Source: Lama glama (taxonomy: Eukaryota). From it: DNA of 64,000 nt. A program made the position numbers and the translations under genes. The stretch lies in assembly GCA_028534125.1 (NCBI GenBank), contig CM052816.1:94428001-94492000 (forward strand). Reading direction: 5' to 3'. The stretch's first letter is position 1; each line of letters starts with the position of its first letter. Under the pieces are notes generated by a model, which saw nothing but the letters and a program-made list of their open reading frames with translations, did not search any database and was not told the DNA's origin. Of the stretch, positions 37,476-51,257 are shown piece after piece.

Positions 37476-37632
37476 TCCGTGCTTCTCAAGCTTGACAATC
37501 TGCCTGAGTCACCTTGTGAGCTTGCTAACGTAGACTGATTGAGTAGCCTGTGGTGGGACTCGAGTTCCTAAGAAGCTCCTAGAAGAGCGCAAAGCTGCCG
37601 ATATGAGGACAACACTCAGCGGCGAGAACTCA
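37476..37632. mobile_element. MER5-type hAT-Charlie element
   Basis: gtgcttctcaagcttgac..gagtcaccttgtgagcttgctaa..aagaagctcctag..gctgccgatatgaggacaacact. Confidence 0.65.
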
Positions 37633-37634
37633 GG

Positions 37635-37854
37635 GCAGGGCTCTCGCCCCTGGCTTCTGATGTTTCGGACGTCCTTGCCGTGTGTGCTGTCCTGTGCTTT
37701 GCAGGATGTTCAGTGGCATTGCTGGCCTCTCCCACTAGATGACTATGTGGCATCAGGCAGCACTTCCTCGCCCCAGTTTGAACTATCAAAGACATCCCTC
37801 GACATCATCAGATACTCCTTGGAGGCAGAACCGCCCCCTTTGGAAAGCCACTGA
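37635..37854 (+). mobile_element. MER20 (hAT-Charlie), near full length
   Basis: gctgtcctgtgctttgcaggatgttcagtggcattgctggcctctcccactagatg..ggcagaaccgccccctttggaaagccactg. Confidence 0.85.
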
Positions 37855-38432
37855 CGAAGACGGTTTGTACTGAGATGTCCTGTCTCTTTGAGTTCTCAAG
37901 TTAGTTCTTTTCAGTTCCAATGGAAATGATTGGCCAAAACCAGAAGGATAGTTGAATTGTCCTCAGTTATGGAATGCTTTTTTATGAAGCAGTAAGAATC
38001 TAGCTAGCCTTGTTCCGAAATTGGGGTTACTAGAAAGAGAGTAGTGGGCACCCGTGTTCTGTTCAGTTATAGACACAGTTGGTGTGCACGTAATGACTTT
38101 TTTCCAGGGAGCATACTTGTGATTCAAAGGGACACTCTAGAATTGGACAATTAAATGGGATTCAGAAAACTTCAGGGCTTGTGCTGAGCTAACAATGAGA
38201 ATTAAGGCATCCAGTCTGTTGGAAGAGTAGCAATTGTGCCTTAGTGCTGGTGCTGCTTGCTAATGTTTTTTGAATTGACAGTAGGATTAAGGCATAAATG
38301 AAAGATTAGGAAACATAATATAAAATACCAAAGATAAGCATTGCTAACTTTCTGAGGGACTGGATTCTCTAGCGACAGAACCCTTGGCAGAACTTTTAGG
38401 AATGGATTACTTAGTCTGGAGGCATATTCTTT

Positions 38433-39100
38433 TTAAAAAAATTTTTTACTATCATTTTTTAAATTGAAGTATAGTTGGTTTACAATATTGTGTTATTTTC
38501 AGGTATATATATATATATATATATATTCTTTCTTTGATTCTTTTCCATTATAGTTTATTACAAGCTATTGACTGTAGTTCCCTGTGCTGTACAGTAGGAC
38601 TTTGTTGTTTATCCATTTTATATACAGTAGTTTGTATTTGCTAATCCTGAACTCATAATTTAGCTCTCACCTCTCCCCCTTTTCCACTTTGGTAAGCATA
38701 AGTTTGCTTTCTATGTCTGTGAGTCTCGTCCTATTCTGTAAATAAGTTCATTTGTACTATTTTTTAGATTTCACATATAAGTGGTATCACATGTTATTTG
38801 TCTTTCTCTGTCTGACTTCACTTGATATGATGATCTTTAGGTCCATCCATGTTGCTGCAGTGGCATTCTTTCATTCTTTTTAATGGCTGAGTAGTATTCT
38901 ATCATTTATATATACCACAGCTACTTTCTCCAGTCATCTGTTGATAGACATGTAGGTTGCTTCCACATTTTGGTGGAATAAATAGTGCCACTATGAACAA
39001 TGGGGTACATGTATCTTTTCGAATCAGAACTTTCATCTTTCCTGGATGTGTCTGGGAGGAGTATTGCTGGATCACATGGTAACTAGTTTTTTAAGGAACG
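38433..39100 (-). mobile_element. 5'-truncated L1 (3' end) with TSD
   Basis: attgaagtatagttggtttacaatattgtg..ggtccatccatgttgctgca. TSD ggaggca(t/g)attcttt at 38418-38432 and 39101-39115. Confidence 0.95.
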
Positions 39101-39314
39101 GGAGGCAGATTCTTTATAGGCCCATAGAGAAGAGATATGCCACAGCCAAGCCTGGACGTGAGCAATTAGTCTTCAGGAGGGGCAAAACAGCATCCCCTCA
39201 TCTAATCTAAAGTTCTCAGAATATATTAACAAAACTTTTAAAAGTCTGGAACTGATTCATTTGACTTAAAAAAAAAAGAGAGAATGGAAGAGGCTATTAT
39301 CTTTTTCCATTAAA

Positions 39315-39510
39315 ATCAAAGACTTTGGAGACTAGTTCTTTACATTAGGTTTTACTGATAACTTGTTATAAAGTATTACTTTTCTTAAGCAGATTAACCT
39401 ATATCCTTCTATATGTTGCTTCTCTGGGCCCCAATGTCTTTACCTAAAAAGTGAGGCTTTCGATTAGATAATCTCTAACGTCTCCTCCAGTTTCAGGATA
39501 ATATGTTTTG
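39315..39510 (+). mobile_element. MIR/MIR3 SINE (diverged)
   Basis: tctctgggccccaatgtctttacctaaaaagtgagg..gattagataatctctaacgtctcctccagtt. Confidence 0.55.
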
Positions 39511-41899
39511 GTAACTTTTGAATGGAGAGAGGAGAAACCAAAGTAGGTTTGGAAAATGAATCATAGATAATAATTTAAAAAAAAACCCAAAACGTGTGTA
39601 TTTTATTAAAAGTTATTATTTGGTGAATAGATGGTTGGGCTGGTCTTTAACGTATATCATTTTTTATATTGTTAACAGAATATAAAGATCATTATTGTAA
39701 TTTTCAAAATAAGGGCTGAGACATTCGTGTGAGTTAGAAATTGATACTGCGGAATATTGGTGTGTGCCAATTTGGAGTAGGTCGTTCTGAGGCTAAAGAG
39801 CTGGAATTCTATACTAAGAGATTTTCATAAACAAATAAGAAGCAATTCAAATAAGAGCAACTTGTCTCATAAAAATTTGAAGGAAAGGTAGTTGGGGGAA
39901 AATTAAGAGCTAGGTATTGATATGCATATTCTCAAGATGAAAATATTTCTGATGCACATTATGTTTGAGCAAAAGCCAACTTTTCAACTGCTTTGGGCAT
40001 CTGCATTCATTTTTTCCAGGGAGCTGTTAGCAAGACAGTCTTTTAATACATCTCTATACCCCTGAGTTGTGTGTTCTATTAGAATGGTTCATTGGCAAGA
40101 GCTCAGTCTACTCGGGGACATACACTTTTCCTCTATTAGTTATTTAAATATTCAGAGGGCACTTAGAAATATTAAAAAAAAAGTGTATATTTTCCAAGGT
40201 CATGATTGTATTTTGAAGGTGTTGTTTTTCTTTTAAAACTTTTCAGCTCCGAAATGAAATGGCTGTATTGTTATTCTGAAATTGCCAATCTATTTGAGGT
40301 AGTGACTCCTTTTTCTCCCAGTAGCCCTTTCTTCCCGCATGGTTTTCTGGATCATGATATTATTTATTCCTTGTGCAATCTGCCTGCACCTTGGAACCCA
40401 GAGAAATAAATTCTAAATGCATAAAAGTCCATGTGAGGAATCGCCTCCAACTTCCAAACAGAAGGTCATTGCTTAATATTTATGTGGTCTCCCCTGCGCT
40501 TTCTTCATGCTCCATTCAGCACCAATGTGCAAGTCTTAAGCTTGCTCTCTGTGTGTATTGATAAATAGATCTGCTCCAAATGGTTGCCCTCCAGCTGGTT
40601 GCCAAGATAACACAGCTGATAATGTTTCAGAAGTGTCTTCCAAACTCGAACATTGGACTTGATTTTCTTTGATTAAGATAGTTCCACTTTCTCAAGTGGT
40701 AGAGGTGGCTTGCCAAGTTGTACCGGAGAGTGGGAAATAAGCAGGAGGGAAGTAGGAATAACTCACTGAAGGTTGCCTGCACGATCACAACTGCCTCTTA
40801 TTGGTGTATATGAGTCATTTGCACAACTTCTCCCACCCCAGGTCTATATTCTCTTTCTGGTAAAACTTTTATTTCCATAGTTACTGAGGACAGGAAATCT
40901 CTGCTATAACCTCTATCTGGGTGGATATGGCAAAGCGGTATACTCCTTCACAAAAATTACTTCCTACTTTAATAGATATTTCATCCCAGAACAGGAGGAA
41001 GGGGAAGACAAAGCTGATATTTCCTTTAGAATGATCCTGGGGCAAAAATCGATTTGAAACTGGCAGTAGTTACAGCTAGAGAATATTCCATAGCTAACTT
41101 TATAAACAGTTTGTGTGCATGTATGTGTGTGTGTTTCATTTCCACTGGAAGCGTAATATACAGGCTAAATGGGTTATATATCAATGGATCATTTGTAGTG
41201 TTCATTTAAGGGGCAGGTGTTTCTCAGTTTTTCTTTCATCTCCTCTAAAACTCCATTCAAGTGATAGTAGAATCATGAATGCATTGGGATTAAACTGTTG
41301 ATGCTGAAAGGGCTTTAAAACATGAAGAATTTGAACCCATTTCTAGAAGACCTCAAGTTAATGGAGGGGCTTTGATTTATGATGTAAAGGAAAGGAAAGA
41401 GGAATTCAGAACCCAGGCAGAAAAGCTGGCTGGTGTAGAGGACTAGGGAGGGCTGGGAGCTGATCTGCTGACAGAACCCAGAGACGCTCCCAGTCCCAGG
41501 CAGCAGGTCTGCAAGGCAAGACTGAAAAGGACTCTGGAAACGAGGGGTTAAAAAAAATAGCCTATCTACCATATAAGAAGAGAACGTAAGCGCTCTCCTA
41601 TGAGGAGTGTAAAGGGCTGATTTACTAAAGGACAGTCGTAAAACCAAACAAACAAAAATGAATGTTAGAAATGAGATGTGCCTATTAGAGTTCTGAGATG
41701 TGGCTGAGGAGATGCGGTAATGCTGGAAAAGAATTTGGAGCAATTTGGAGAACTGTAGACATTAATAACAGAAATATCCCTAACGTCCCTTCAGAAATGA
41801 TGAGAGATCCATCCTGCCAATCTCGGCTCTTGAAAAGCCTGTGGAATTAGTTCAGTGTTCAATAAACAAGCTTGTGGCGAGCCCCAGGTCTGCCCCTCC

Positions 41900-42590
41900 G
41901 TGCCCTGCCTCCCTCAGGCTTCCTCCCCTCTTTCGTTTCCCTCGTGCTCAGGAGGTGCCTTGAAGACTCCAGTTTCGCCCCTTCTGTCCAACCGTTACCC
42001 CTTTCTCGGGGGTGATGCCTCTTCCTAAACGTGATGTTTAACCATGCCTCCACTCTTTTCTGTCCACATTCTTCTGAATCTTCGTAACCTATTACTTCTC
42101 AAATTGTTAGTAACACTCGTCCCACTGCTCCATATTCTTCGCCTAAAAGCATGCCCAAACCATTGCCTCCATCCTAGATTTACGGGGAAGAAATCTGACC
42201 CTTTTCCCCCCTCTTTCCAAGCTGTCCCTCCCTTGCTGTCACCATCAGATGCCTTGAAAGGGTACTGTATGCCCTTTGCCTCTTGTTCCTCATTTCCTGT
42301 TGATCTTTCAACCAACTGGCTAAATCTTCTGCCCACAATATGACATTAAAATTGCCCTAAAGGTCGTGGGCTTCAGGTTGCCAAGATAATAGCCTCTTTT
42401 GGTTTCTTAACCTATTGACATCTTCATAGCATGTGATGCTCTGGGCCGCGCATGTAGGAAACTGTTTTCATCCTGAATTTTCTAGCACCGGTTTTCTTGT
42501 TCTCTTTTCTAAAATTCTTCTTATTTCAATCACTGGCTCATTTTCTCCCATTTTTCCCTTAAATATTACAATGCCCTGGACATTGTTTTT
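41900..42590 (+). mobile_element. Old L2 fragments
   Basis: ctttcaaccaactggctaaatcttctgccc..aaattgccctaaaggtc..caggttgccaa..gcatgtgatgct..ggaaactgtttt. Confidence 0.45.
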
Positions 42591-42694
42591 AATAACCTAA
42601 TACAACGACAGAGTTATGGAATCAGACTGGAATGTGTTAAGAAAGTCCGTATCCAACAGAAAAGGGGGCTATGAAGAATTTCAGTGCTAACCGT

Positions 42695-45600
42695 ATACAT
42701 GCAAGTTTACTTCTAGACTTTCAATTCTATCCCACTGATCTATGTTTCTGCCAAGTTTTTCTGTTCATTACTGTAAAGGGAACATTTCAATCTCCAACTA
42801 AAACTGCTGACTTTCCATATCTTCCTTTAATTCTATCCGTTTTTTCCCTATATATTTTGGGGTTCAGTAGTCTCATTGTATGTATGACATCTTCTGGTTG
42901 GATTGACCCTTTTATTATTAAAAAAAAATCCCTCTTTATCTTCAGTAAAATTTTTTTGTTTGAAGTTTATTTTGTCTAATATTGAAATAGCCATTCAGGT
43001 CCTCTCTTATTTTTTTTTCCTGTTTGCACAGTATACCTTTTCCCATCCATTTATTTTCAATCTGTTTATTTCTTTGAATCTAAAGGGTGTCTTCTCTGGA
43101 TAGCATACAGTTAGACGTTGTGGTTTTTGTGGGATTTTTTTCTTGTTGTCCAGTATGACAGTCTGTGCTTTTGATTGGATGATTTAATTCATATACGTCA
43201 ATGTTTGCAGTAGTTGAATTTATGTCTGCCGTTCTTTTTGTTGTCTGTATGTCTCGTATCTTTTTTGGTTCCTCTATTCATCTGCTTGTTTTCTCTTGAA
43301 TTGAGTGAATATTTTCTAGTGTAGTATTTTAAGCCTTCTAATGCTTTTAAACTACATTTGTTCATTGTTTTCTTAGTGCAGTTGTCCCACAAGGAATTGG
43401 TTCCAAGATATCAAAATCCACAAATGCTCAAGTCCCTTGTGTAAAACGGGGCTTGCATATAACCTACGTGTATTCTCCTGTACGCTTTAAGTCATCTCTA
43501 GATTGCTTACATTGCCTTGTACAATGTAAGTACGATGTAAATGTTGTAAATACAATGTAAATGCCATGTAAATATTTGCTAGTGCCCACAGCCAGTGTAA
43601 GTTTTGCTTTTGGGAAAACTTTTCTGGAATTTTTCCCCCAAATATTTTCAACCCGGTTGGTTGAATCTACTGATGTGGAATCCGTGGATATGGAGGGCTG
43701 ACTATGGCTGCTTTAGGGACTCAATATACAAACTAATTTATCAGATTTATAGTAACTTAACTCCAGGGTGCTATAGAAAAGTTATCCTACGATGGCTTAT
43801 TTCCTTCTTCCTATTTTTTGTGCTTTTATTGTTATAGTGTTACATCTATCCGTGTTCCATTACAAAACCAAATACGTATCGTTACAGTTGTACTTTGTAT
43901 ACCTTTGTGTCTTTAAAAGAAACTGAGAGGAGAAAGGAGATCAGGAATATATTTACAGAATTTTTTTAAACCATTTTTGGTTCTTTCCATTTGTTTCTGA
44001 GGATTCTGTTTATGGTCTGGTGTAATTTCTTAACCCAATCATGCTTTCCTCCCATCTACTTCCCTTGTGGCATTTTTGTTGAATGTATTTATATGTGCTA
44101 TAGGAGGAATATTACAATGGTATACACATATTGTTTTATTCAGTTGCTTTTAAAATTAGGTAAGAGATGAAAGGGGAAGAAATAAACATGTACCCTGTCT
44201 TTTGTGAGTCCAAACTACCTTGAATGGTGCTCTTTGTTTTTTCATGCTGATTTCAGTTAATGTCTGGTGTCATATACTTGCAGCCTGAAGACGTTTCCTT
44301 AGTGCTTCCTGTAAGATGTGTGTGCTAGCAACAAATCCCTTGGTTTTTGTTTATTTAAGAATATATTTATTTCACCTTTACTTTAGAAAGATGGTTTTGT
44401 TGAATATAAGATTCTTGGCTGACAGTTTATTTTTCTGTCAGTACTTTGACTATTTCATCCCACCGATTTCTTGGCTTCACTGTTCCAGGGGAGAAATCAA
44501 CTGTTCATGTTACTTGTGTTCTCTTGTGAATAAGGAGTCATTTTTCTTTATCTGCTTTCAAGATTTCTTATTGTCTTTTCAGCATTTTAACTATGGTGTG
44601 TCTGGGTGTGAATCTCTCTGTGTTTATCCTACTTGAAGTTTATCAAGCTTCCTGGATGTGTAGATGAATGTTTTCTATTGAATTGGAGAAGTTTACCATC
44701 ATTATTTATTTGATTTTTTTCTTCTGTCTCTTTCTCTCTCTCTTATCCTTCTGGTACTCCTTTTACACTTTTATATGTATAGTGAAATCATAATGGTGTT
44801 CCACCTTCCCCCGAGGCTCTGTTCAGTTTTCTTCCTTTCTTCTCAGACTTTCAGGCTGCATAATTTCTATTGTTCCATCTTCAAGTTTACTGCATTTTTC
44901 GGTTGCCAACTAAGACCTACCGTGGATCCTCTCTAGTGAATTTTTCATTTTAGTTATTGTACTTTTCGACTCCAGAATTTCTACTTGGTTCGCTTTGATA
45001 ATTTCTATCTATTGATATTCTGTGTTTGATTAGTCATTGTTCACACATTCCTTTTATTCTTTAGACATGATTTTCTTTAGTTCTCTGGACATATTTATAA
45101 TAACTGCTTTGAAATCTTTGTCTGCTAAGCCTACTGTCTGGGCCCCTTCAACAGCACTTTCTAATGTCTGAGTATTTTTTTTTTGTCCTTTTTATGGGTC
45201 ATGCTTTCCCATTTCTTTGTATGTCTCTTAACTTTTTGGTTGAAACCATGACATTTTAGAAAGTACAGATAATATATAGCCGAAATTCTAAATACTGATC
45301 CCTTCTCCAGCACACATGCCTGGGCTTGTTGTTCTGTTTGCTCATTTATTTTTCAGTAACCTGGCTGGACTGGTTCCATGGGGTCTGTTTTCCCTGGTCA
45401 GTACCTGATGATGTTCCCCAAAGGGTCCATCCTTAGGCATATCCACAGGCTCACTCCATGCCCTCCCTCACTACATGGTTGACTTTGGTTTAGCCAGGCT
45501 CTCTTTCACTGTCTCATTCTTTGATCTCCTGAATCTTTGAGATTTACTGCAACCCCTGGACCTGTCTTCATAGTTGTCTCTTTCCTGGATTCTCTGTTGG

Positions 45601-46478
45601 TAAACTTCTAGCTGGTCTGCCATGTCATTAATTGCTTGCATGCATGCAGCTGCCAGCCTTCTCTTAATTGCTTGCCACTAAGATCTTCCTTGTTTTCAGT
45701 AAATCCTTAGTCTTGAAATTCCCTCTGCTCCATTTCAAATTCAGTCAGTTACATTAGGGAGAGGACTGGAGCTCTCTGTCCTTATACCTTGCTGCCCCCT
45801 TTGTGCAGAGCATCTGCACCACTGCTCTGGAGGTGGGGGCCAGAACATGGCTCACTTCTGGGGGGGCAACACTCCCACTCTGTGAGCAGGGTACTGAGCT
45901 GGGATGGTAGTTCCTGGTCTTCTCAGCTTGCCTCTCTGGGCATGGAACCATCTCCTTACAAGCAAGCTAGGGGAAGACCAGTTAGAGCCAAGCATTGTCA
46001 GCTTGCTGCAGCTGAGACAGAGCTTCCTCTGTATAAATTGGGCTGGGGGAGAGATGACTGCTCTAGACCTCACAGCCATGTGGCCTGAAATAGAGCTTCT
46101 GCAAGATGGGGCTGCAGGGGAGACGTAGTGCTGGGAGATTGCCCTTCCTGAGAAGAAACTACAGGCCTAGACCTGGGGGTGGTGAGAGAGGGAACCCTGC
46201 CTTCTTGTTCCAGCCACTCAGAGTAGGGCTCTCATCCCATTTCCCAGCAAGGAGGGGAGTGTGCTATGGTTCAAATGCCACAGACTCTCTTCTTACCAAG
46301 ATTTAGTTGATTATCTTGAGTAAAAAGTTCTCCATTTGTTGTACGCCCTTAAAATAATTTCCAGAGACTTTAAATGGTTGTTGCTTTTTTTAAAAGTCAA
46401 TATGAGCAGTTATGTTTGTTTCATTGGGGAAAGGGTCCCTGATGCTTGTCACACCTTTATTCTTGGAAGTGCTTCCCT
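42695..46478 (-). mobile_element. Ancient L1M element: ORF2 start, ORF1 region and 5' UTR-like region, decayed
   Basis: Reversed L1M text: tttgaagtttattttgtctaatatt, ctgctttcaagattt, ttgaagtttatcaagcttcctggatgtgtag, ctctagtgaatttttcattttagttattgtacttttc..ctccagaatttct. It ends with L1M 5'-end-like ttcattggggaaagggtcc..ttggaagt. Confidence 0.85.
43379..43704 (+). mobile_element. MER2B-like Tigger element nested in L1
   Basis: cagttgtcc..ttggttccaaga..aaaatccacaaatgctcaagtcccttg..taagtcatctctagatt..ggttggttgaatc..ggatatggagggctgact. Confidence 0.9.
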
Positions 46479-46480
46479 GC

Positions 46481-47141
46481 TGAAATGGAGCAGGACCCTC
46501 TGCGGCCCTCCTCATCTTCAGCCTATATTTTGTCTGGAGAAAAACTTTAGTCAAAGAATAAATTTAATCAGAGAAGTGAGGAAGTGCAGAAGCAAAAGGA
46601 AAGCAGTCAAACAGGACCAAATAATAATAGTCTAGTCATTAGACAAAGTTAAGGACCTTTAGTTCTCCTGCCAGGGCTATAGATGACATTCTGAGCCATA
46701 TCCTTTGAGCTATTTTGTAGATACTGAAACCCCCACTAGGTGGAAAAGTTAACTACATGATGACCAGACTGCAGTCATGACATAGGCTGCCACAATTCCA
46801 AGAACGGGTCTCAAAGATACGGGAAAAAAACAACCCTAACTGTACTTAAAACAATCAAGATGACACTGATTGGACCACCATATTACTAATTTCAAGATGA
46901 TTCTTAAAGCTGTCTGTGCTGTTCTGCATCTAGTCCTTTCCCTCCTCCTATACACCCCTGAAACTCCCCTTTAAAAGCTCTTTCCCCCTGACTGGCATTG
47001 GAGAGTTGGCCTTTGTACATGAGTCCACCTTCTCCCCTGGTTGTCTTTCTCTGGAATAAAGCAACCTTTCCTTTTTACTAACACTTATCTCTCAAGTATT
47101 GGCTTTTGAGCAATGAGCATCCAAGCTGGAGTCTAGTAACA
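46481..47141 (+). mobile_element. Solo ERV1-class LTR (661 bp)
   Basis: tgaaatggagcaggacc...gtctagtaaca (TG..CA). TATA-like tttaaaag ~46970 and AATAAA ~47055. 4-bp TSD ctgc/ctac. Confidence 0.9.
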
Positions 47142-47765
47142 CTACCACAATCCAGTTTTCAAATCTCCATTACCCTAAAGTATTCCCTCATTTCTGTTTT
47201 TCAGTTAATCACCATTCTCAACCTCAGCTTCAGGCAACTGTTAACTTACTTTCTGACTGCATAGCTTTGCCTTTTCTAAATATTTCATTAAAATGACAGC
47301 ATAAGTATGTAATCTTTTGCTTCTGGCTTCTTTCATTTTTCATAATGGTTTTGAGAGTCATGCATATTTTAGCATGTATCAGTAGTTCGTTCTTTTTACT
47401 TGCTGAATAGTATTCCATTGTATAGACATTCCACCTTTTGTTTACCCATTTCTCAGTTGACAAACATTGGTATTGTTTTCAGTGTGGGTAGGTTATGAAT
47501 AATGCTTCTATAAACATTTGCAAGCATTTCTTCATATGGACATAAGTTTTCATTTTTCATGAATATCTTCTTAGGAGTATAATTTCTGAGTATGATGAGT
47601 TTATGTTTAACTTTAAAGAAACTGCCAAGTTGTTTTCAAAGTTACTATCCCACCAGCAATATATGAACGTTACGGTTTTTCCACATCCTAGACAACATTT
47701 GTTATTATCTGTCTTTACTGCACCTATTCTGGAGCGTGCGTAATGTTGCCTCATTTTGACATTGT
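47142..47765 (-). mobile_element. L1MB-type 3' UTR/ORF2-end fragment
   Basis: caggcaactgttaacttactttctg..ttgctgaatagtattccattgtat..aagaaactgccaa. ORF 47230-47463 translates the L1 end motif (KWVNKRWNVYTMEYYSA). Confidence 0.85.
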
Positions 47766-48804
47766 GGTAAGGAAATAGTTATTTTAATGCCCCTAAGTAA
47801 AATTTTTATATTTTTTGAAAATTACTATAAATTTCCTCTAAAATATCTGAAGAAACTCAGTTTTGTCTGAAGGGAAAACTGGCATAATTATAAGTTACCA
47901 CTATTATCATAAGTTATATTACATGTAATATTTTTGAAATAATATAAAATAATATGCACTAAAAGTCATGTACTATTTTCTTCCTGAGATCTCACAAGGA
48001 AATATTTCAATAAAATGCTCTATTGTGTTTAGACACAGGAGGGTATCTTTTTGTCCCTGCATAAATTTGATTCCTAAGAATATATTTAGACAGTACCATT
48101 TTAGATATACATATTTGATTTGATAAAGTATGCCTAAGTCTTTTGGCTCTTATTTTATTAAATTGCTTGTCCTCAGTCTAGCAGCATGTAACGTTAGTTG
48201 ATATTAATTTAACAGAAAATTTCATTGTTCTGTGTTGTTTTAGCAATTTCATTTTTCATCAACCAACTTTGGAGCGAAGGGTGTTTTATACCCTCAGCTA
48301 GTCTGCATATGATCTTAGGCTTGAGACGAAGCATGAAGGTGAATGCCTGAGAAAAGCCTACCTTCTAGGAAACTTGTCCAGAAATAGAGACATGGGAATT
48401 GTCTTTCTTCACTGAAATTTCTCTTTGGGTGATTTTTATAGGCTCATAAAGTTTTAAGAGCTTAAACAGACTTTCAGCATCATGTTGTCCATTCGTTTTC
48501 TTTTAGAAATGTGAAAACCGTGCCTTGGCATCAGATTTCAGTTTTAAAAATCTCAAACCTTATAAAACATCCCCTTATATTAAAAATAAACATTTATGCT
48601 TCAGAGGAAATATGGTGAACAGAGTCCTTATCGATAAAAATATGCGGATGTCTTTGTAATAACTTAACAATGTGTCCCTTAATTAGTTTGAATATTATCA
48701 AGAACGGAAATGTTTTTATTTGATGTTGTAAAATAGAGAATGGAATGTTTTAAAATTAAGTATCTTCAACATATTAAAATATTAAGGCTTTTTTTTTTTT
48801 TTAC

Positions 48805-50110
48805 CATATAATGAGAACAATTTCATAGTGATAAAATCCATGTCTGCATGTTAGGAAGAGAAAAAACAGATCACTGCTGCAGAAGGGTCCAGAAAGGATC
48901 CCCTTAATATATGCGATTTTGATATATGATAAAAGTAATATAACTTCAGGGAAACTTCTCTGACAATGGGAAGGGAGTATAAAAGCTCTGACGTTTTAAG
49001 ACCTAAATGTGACAGATAATCCTGTAACGTGCAGAATAAAATGTGGAGAGTATCTTAATGACATCAGGATAGGAAAAGCTTTCTTGAACAAGTTTTTCTT
49101 TTTCTGAAAAGCAAAAATCATAAGGGAAAAGACTTGACATCCTATGACTGTATCAGAATTAGTATTTCTATTCAGTGAAGAAGAATGTGGAGAAATAATT
49201 TAAGAGAGGTATGAAATCTCTTATATCTGAGAGACTGAGAGAAGGCAGGTAGCTTTGCTAGAAGAGAATTAATACCTACTATATATAGGGAAACAATGTA
49301 AATACATTTTTAAAAGGAGCTTATCCTTGTGGAAAAATGGGCAAAGCATTTAACTGAACAAGTTGCTGAAGTAGAAACGAGAAACTCTTCTTAGTAATTT
49401 GTGCGTGCGATTTAAAAATTTTAAAACATTGTCTCTTTATACCAGTCAGTTTGGAAAAATGCAGATGATATCAACTGCTGTCAAGAATAGGGAAAACAGA
49501 ATCCCACCTGCAGTCCTGGATGGGATGTGCTGCTCAGCCCCTCCAGAAGCCAGTGGAACTGAGCTGGATGAAATTCGTTCTGTGTGTTACCCAGTGTTCT
49601 GCTGTCCCCTCGGGCAGATATTACCAGGAACATTATCCTAGCGTACAAGGAGCCACGCATAACAGGCATCACAGCATCGTTGGGTAGCAAAGAGCAAGAG
49701 AGATGCCTCAAGGAACAGGAAAGCACTGCATGGAGAACTCTGCATGGACGCCAAGAAATGAGTTAAGTCTCTTTGGACTTAGAAGCATAATGTTAGGTGA
49801 AAAAAGAGGAAACAGAATTAAAAGACATAATATATCTTTTTCAAAGATACACATAGAAGTAGATAACCATATGGAGAATGAATTAGAAGAATGTAGATTA
49901 ATTACACTTGGGTGAGTCACTGTGAGGGAATGGGGGTTGAATCAAGCAGAGAAGATGAAGAGGAGGATGACCAGGGCACAGACACACACACACGCACACA
50001 AACACACACACAAAAAAAACCAGTGACCTTTCATAGACCAACAATAAGAGTTTAACGGAGGGGAAAATATGCAGATACATTCTACATTTTCTTCTATAAA
50101 AACTAAAATA
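48805..50110 (+). mobile_element. Highly decayed L1ME-type 3' region
   Basis: agacctaaatgtga, taggaaaagctttcttgaacaag, gaaaaatgggcaaagc, agaagcataatgttaggtgaaaaaag. Confidence 0.6.
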
Positions 50111-51257
50111 TTTTAACTTTCAATTAATTTAGTCTCTTTTTAAACAGTGAAATGATAGTATGACATATCATAGCCTGTTTGATTTGGGGACTGACTCTGC
50201 ATTAAAAAAATAAGTTAAACAGGTGTTCAGGTGTAAACAGCTTGTGCCTTCAAATAAAATATAAAATAGCTAACACTGTGAACAGGCAAAACCAGCCAGT
50301 GCTATTACTCAGTTCTTGTCATGATCTCCTTTAAAGGCTGCTTGTTTTTTGGGGTTTGTTTTTTGCTTTCTGATAAATTCAAACTATTCTGTTTTAGAGG
50401 TGGAGATACTTCTGTTACTTCCACACAGGTACCATTATCACTCTGAGGGAGATGAGCAGCCTGGAGAATTTTAAAGACGTGCCTGGAGTTCTTGTACCCC
50501 CTGTGGAGAACAGCTGTCCCATTGTGCACCAGAGAGATCTGTCCCATCTTCTCTATCTTTTTTGACTTCAGGCGTATTGACTTGTGTATAGGGTTGTTTT
50601 TTTTTTTTCTTTCTAACTTTTCTAGGTTAGGCAATGAGAGTATAGCTGCTGTTCAGTAATTCAAAGAAATGCTTGACAGGCATTTTTCAAAAATACTGAC
50701 ATGGAAACTAGTGTTTGAACCCTAGCTGTAACATTTCCATTTGTTCTGCTGACTGGGTCATCGATGCACATAGAATGACAGACACTTAGCGTGGCGGGGG
50801 ACTCTAAGGTCACGTGGTCATATCTGTTGGGCAGGTGCAGCCCTTTGAACCTGCACCGTCTACCTTGCAAAGGAATACTCTCCTGGGTAGAGGAGTTTCC
50901 CATTCCACAAATCAGCCTGTTCTGTTTTGGGGCACTTGTAATTGCTAAGTAGTTTTTCCAGTTGGTTCGTGTCCCACCTTCTGGAGTTGTACTGAAACTA
51001 AAAAGTCCCATTGCAAAGGCCAGAGCTCCAGCTCTTTCAAGATGGCGGTCATGTCCTTCCAGGTTTTCTCTAAAGTTGTAACCATTTTTTTTTTTTTAGA
51101 TACTTTACCATCACAGAGACACTGTAACTTGGATAACCATAATTCTATAATGTACAAAAAGTAGTGAAGAACAATCACTCTTCTTAGTCTGTCTATTAGC
51201 ATAGCATAAAGTTATAATATTTTTAGAGGTCATGTCACACCTAGACTTCTTTGAGAA

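Noticed and set aside
41315..41743. 142-aa ORF and the other 60-140 aa ORFs in unique sequence
   Set aside because: No recognisable domain, many non-ATG starts, and no consistent exon structure.
50600..50632. Other polypyrimidine-AG|GT junctions (also 7256, 8881, 19651, 50429)
   Set aside because: The regenerated donors (GTTAGG, GTGACC, GTTAGT, GTAATT, GTACCA) are weaker than the 33795 site and plausible by chance in T-rich DNA.
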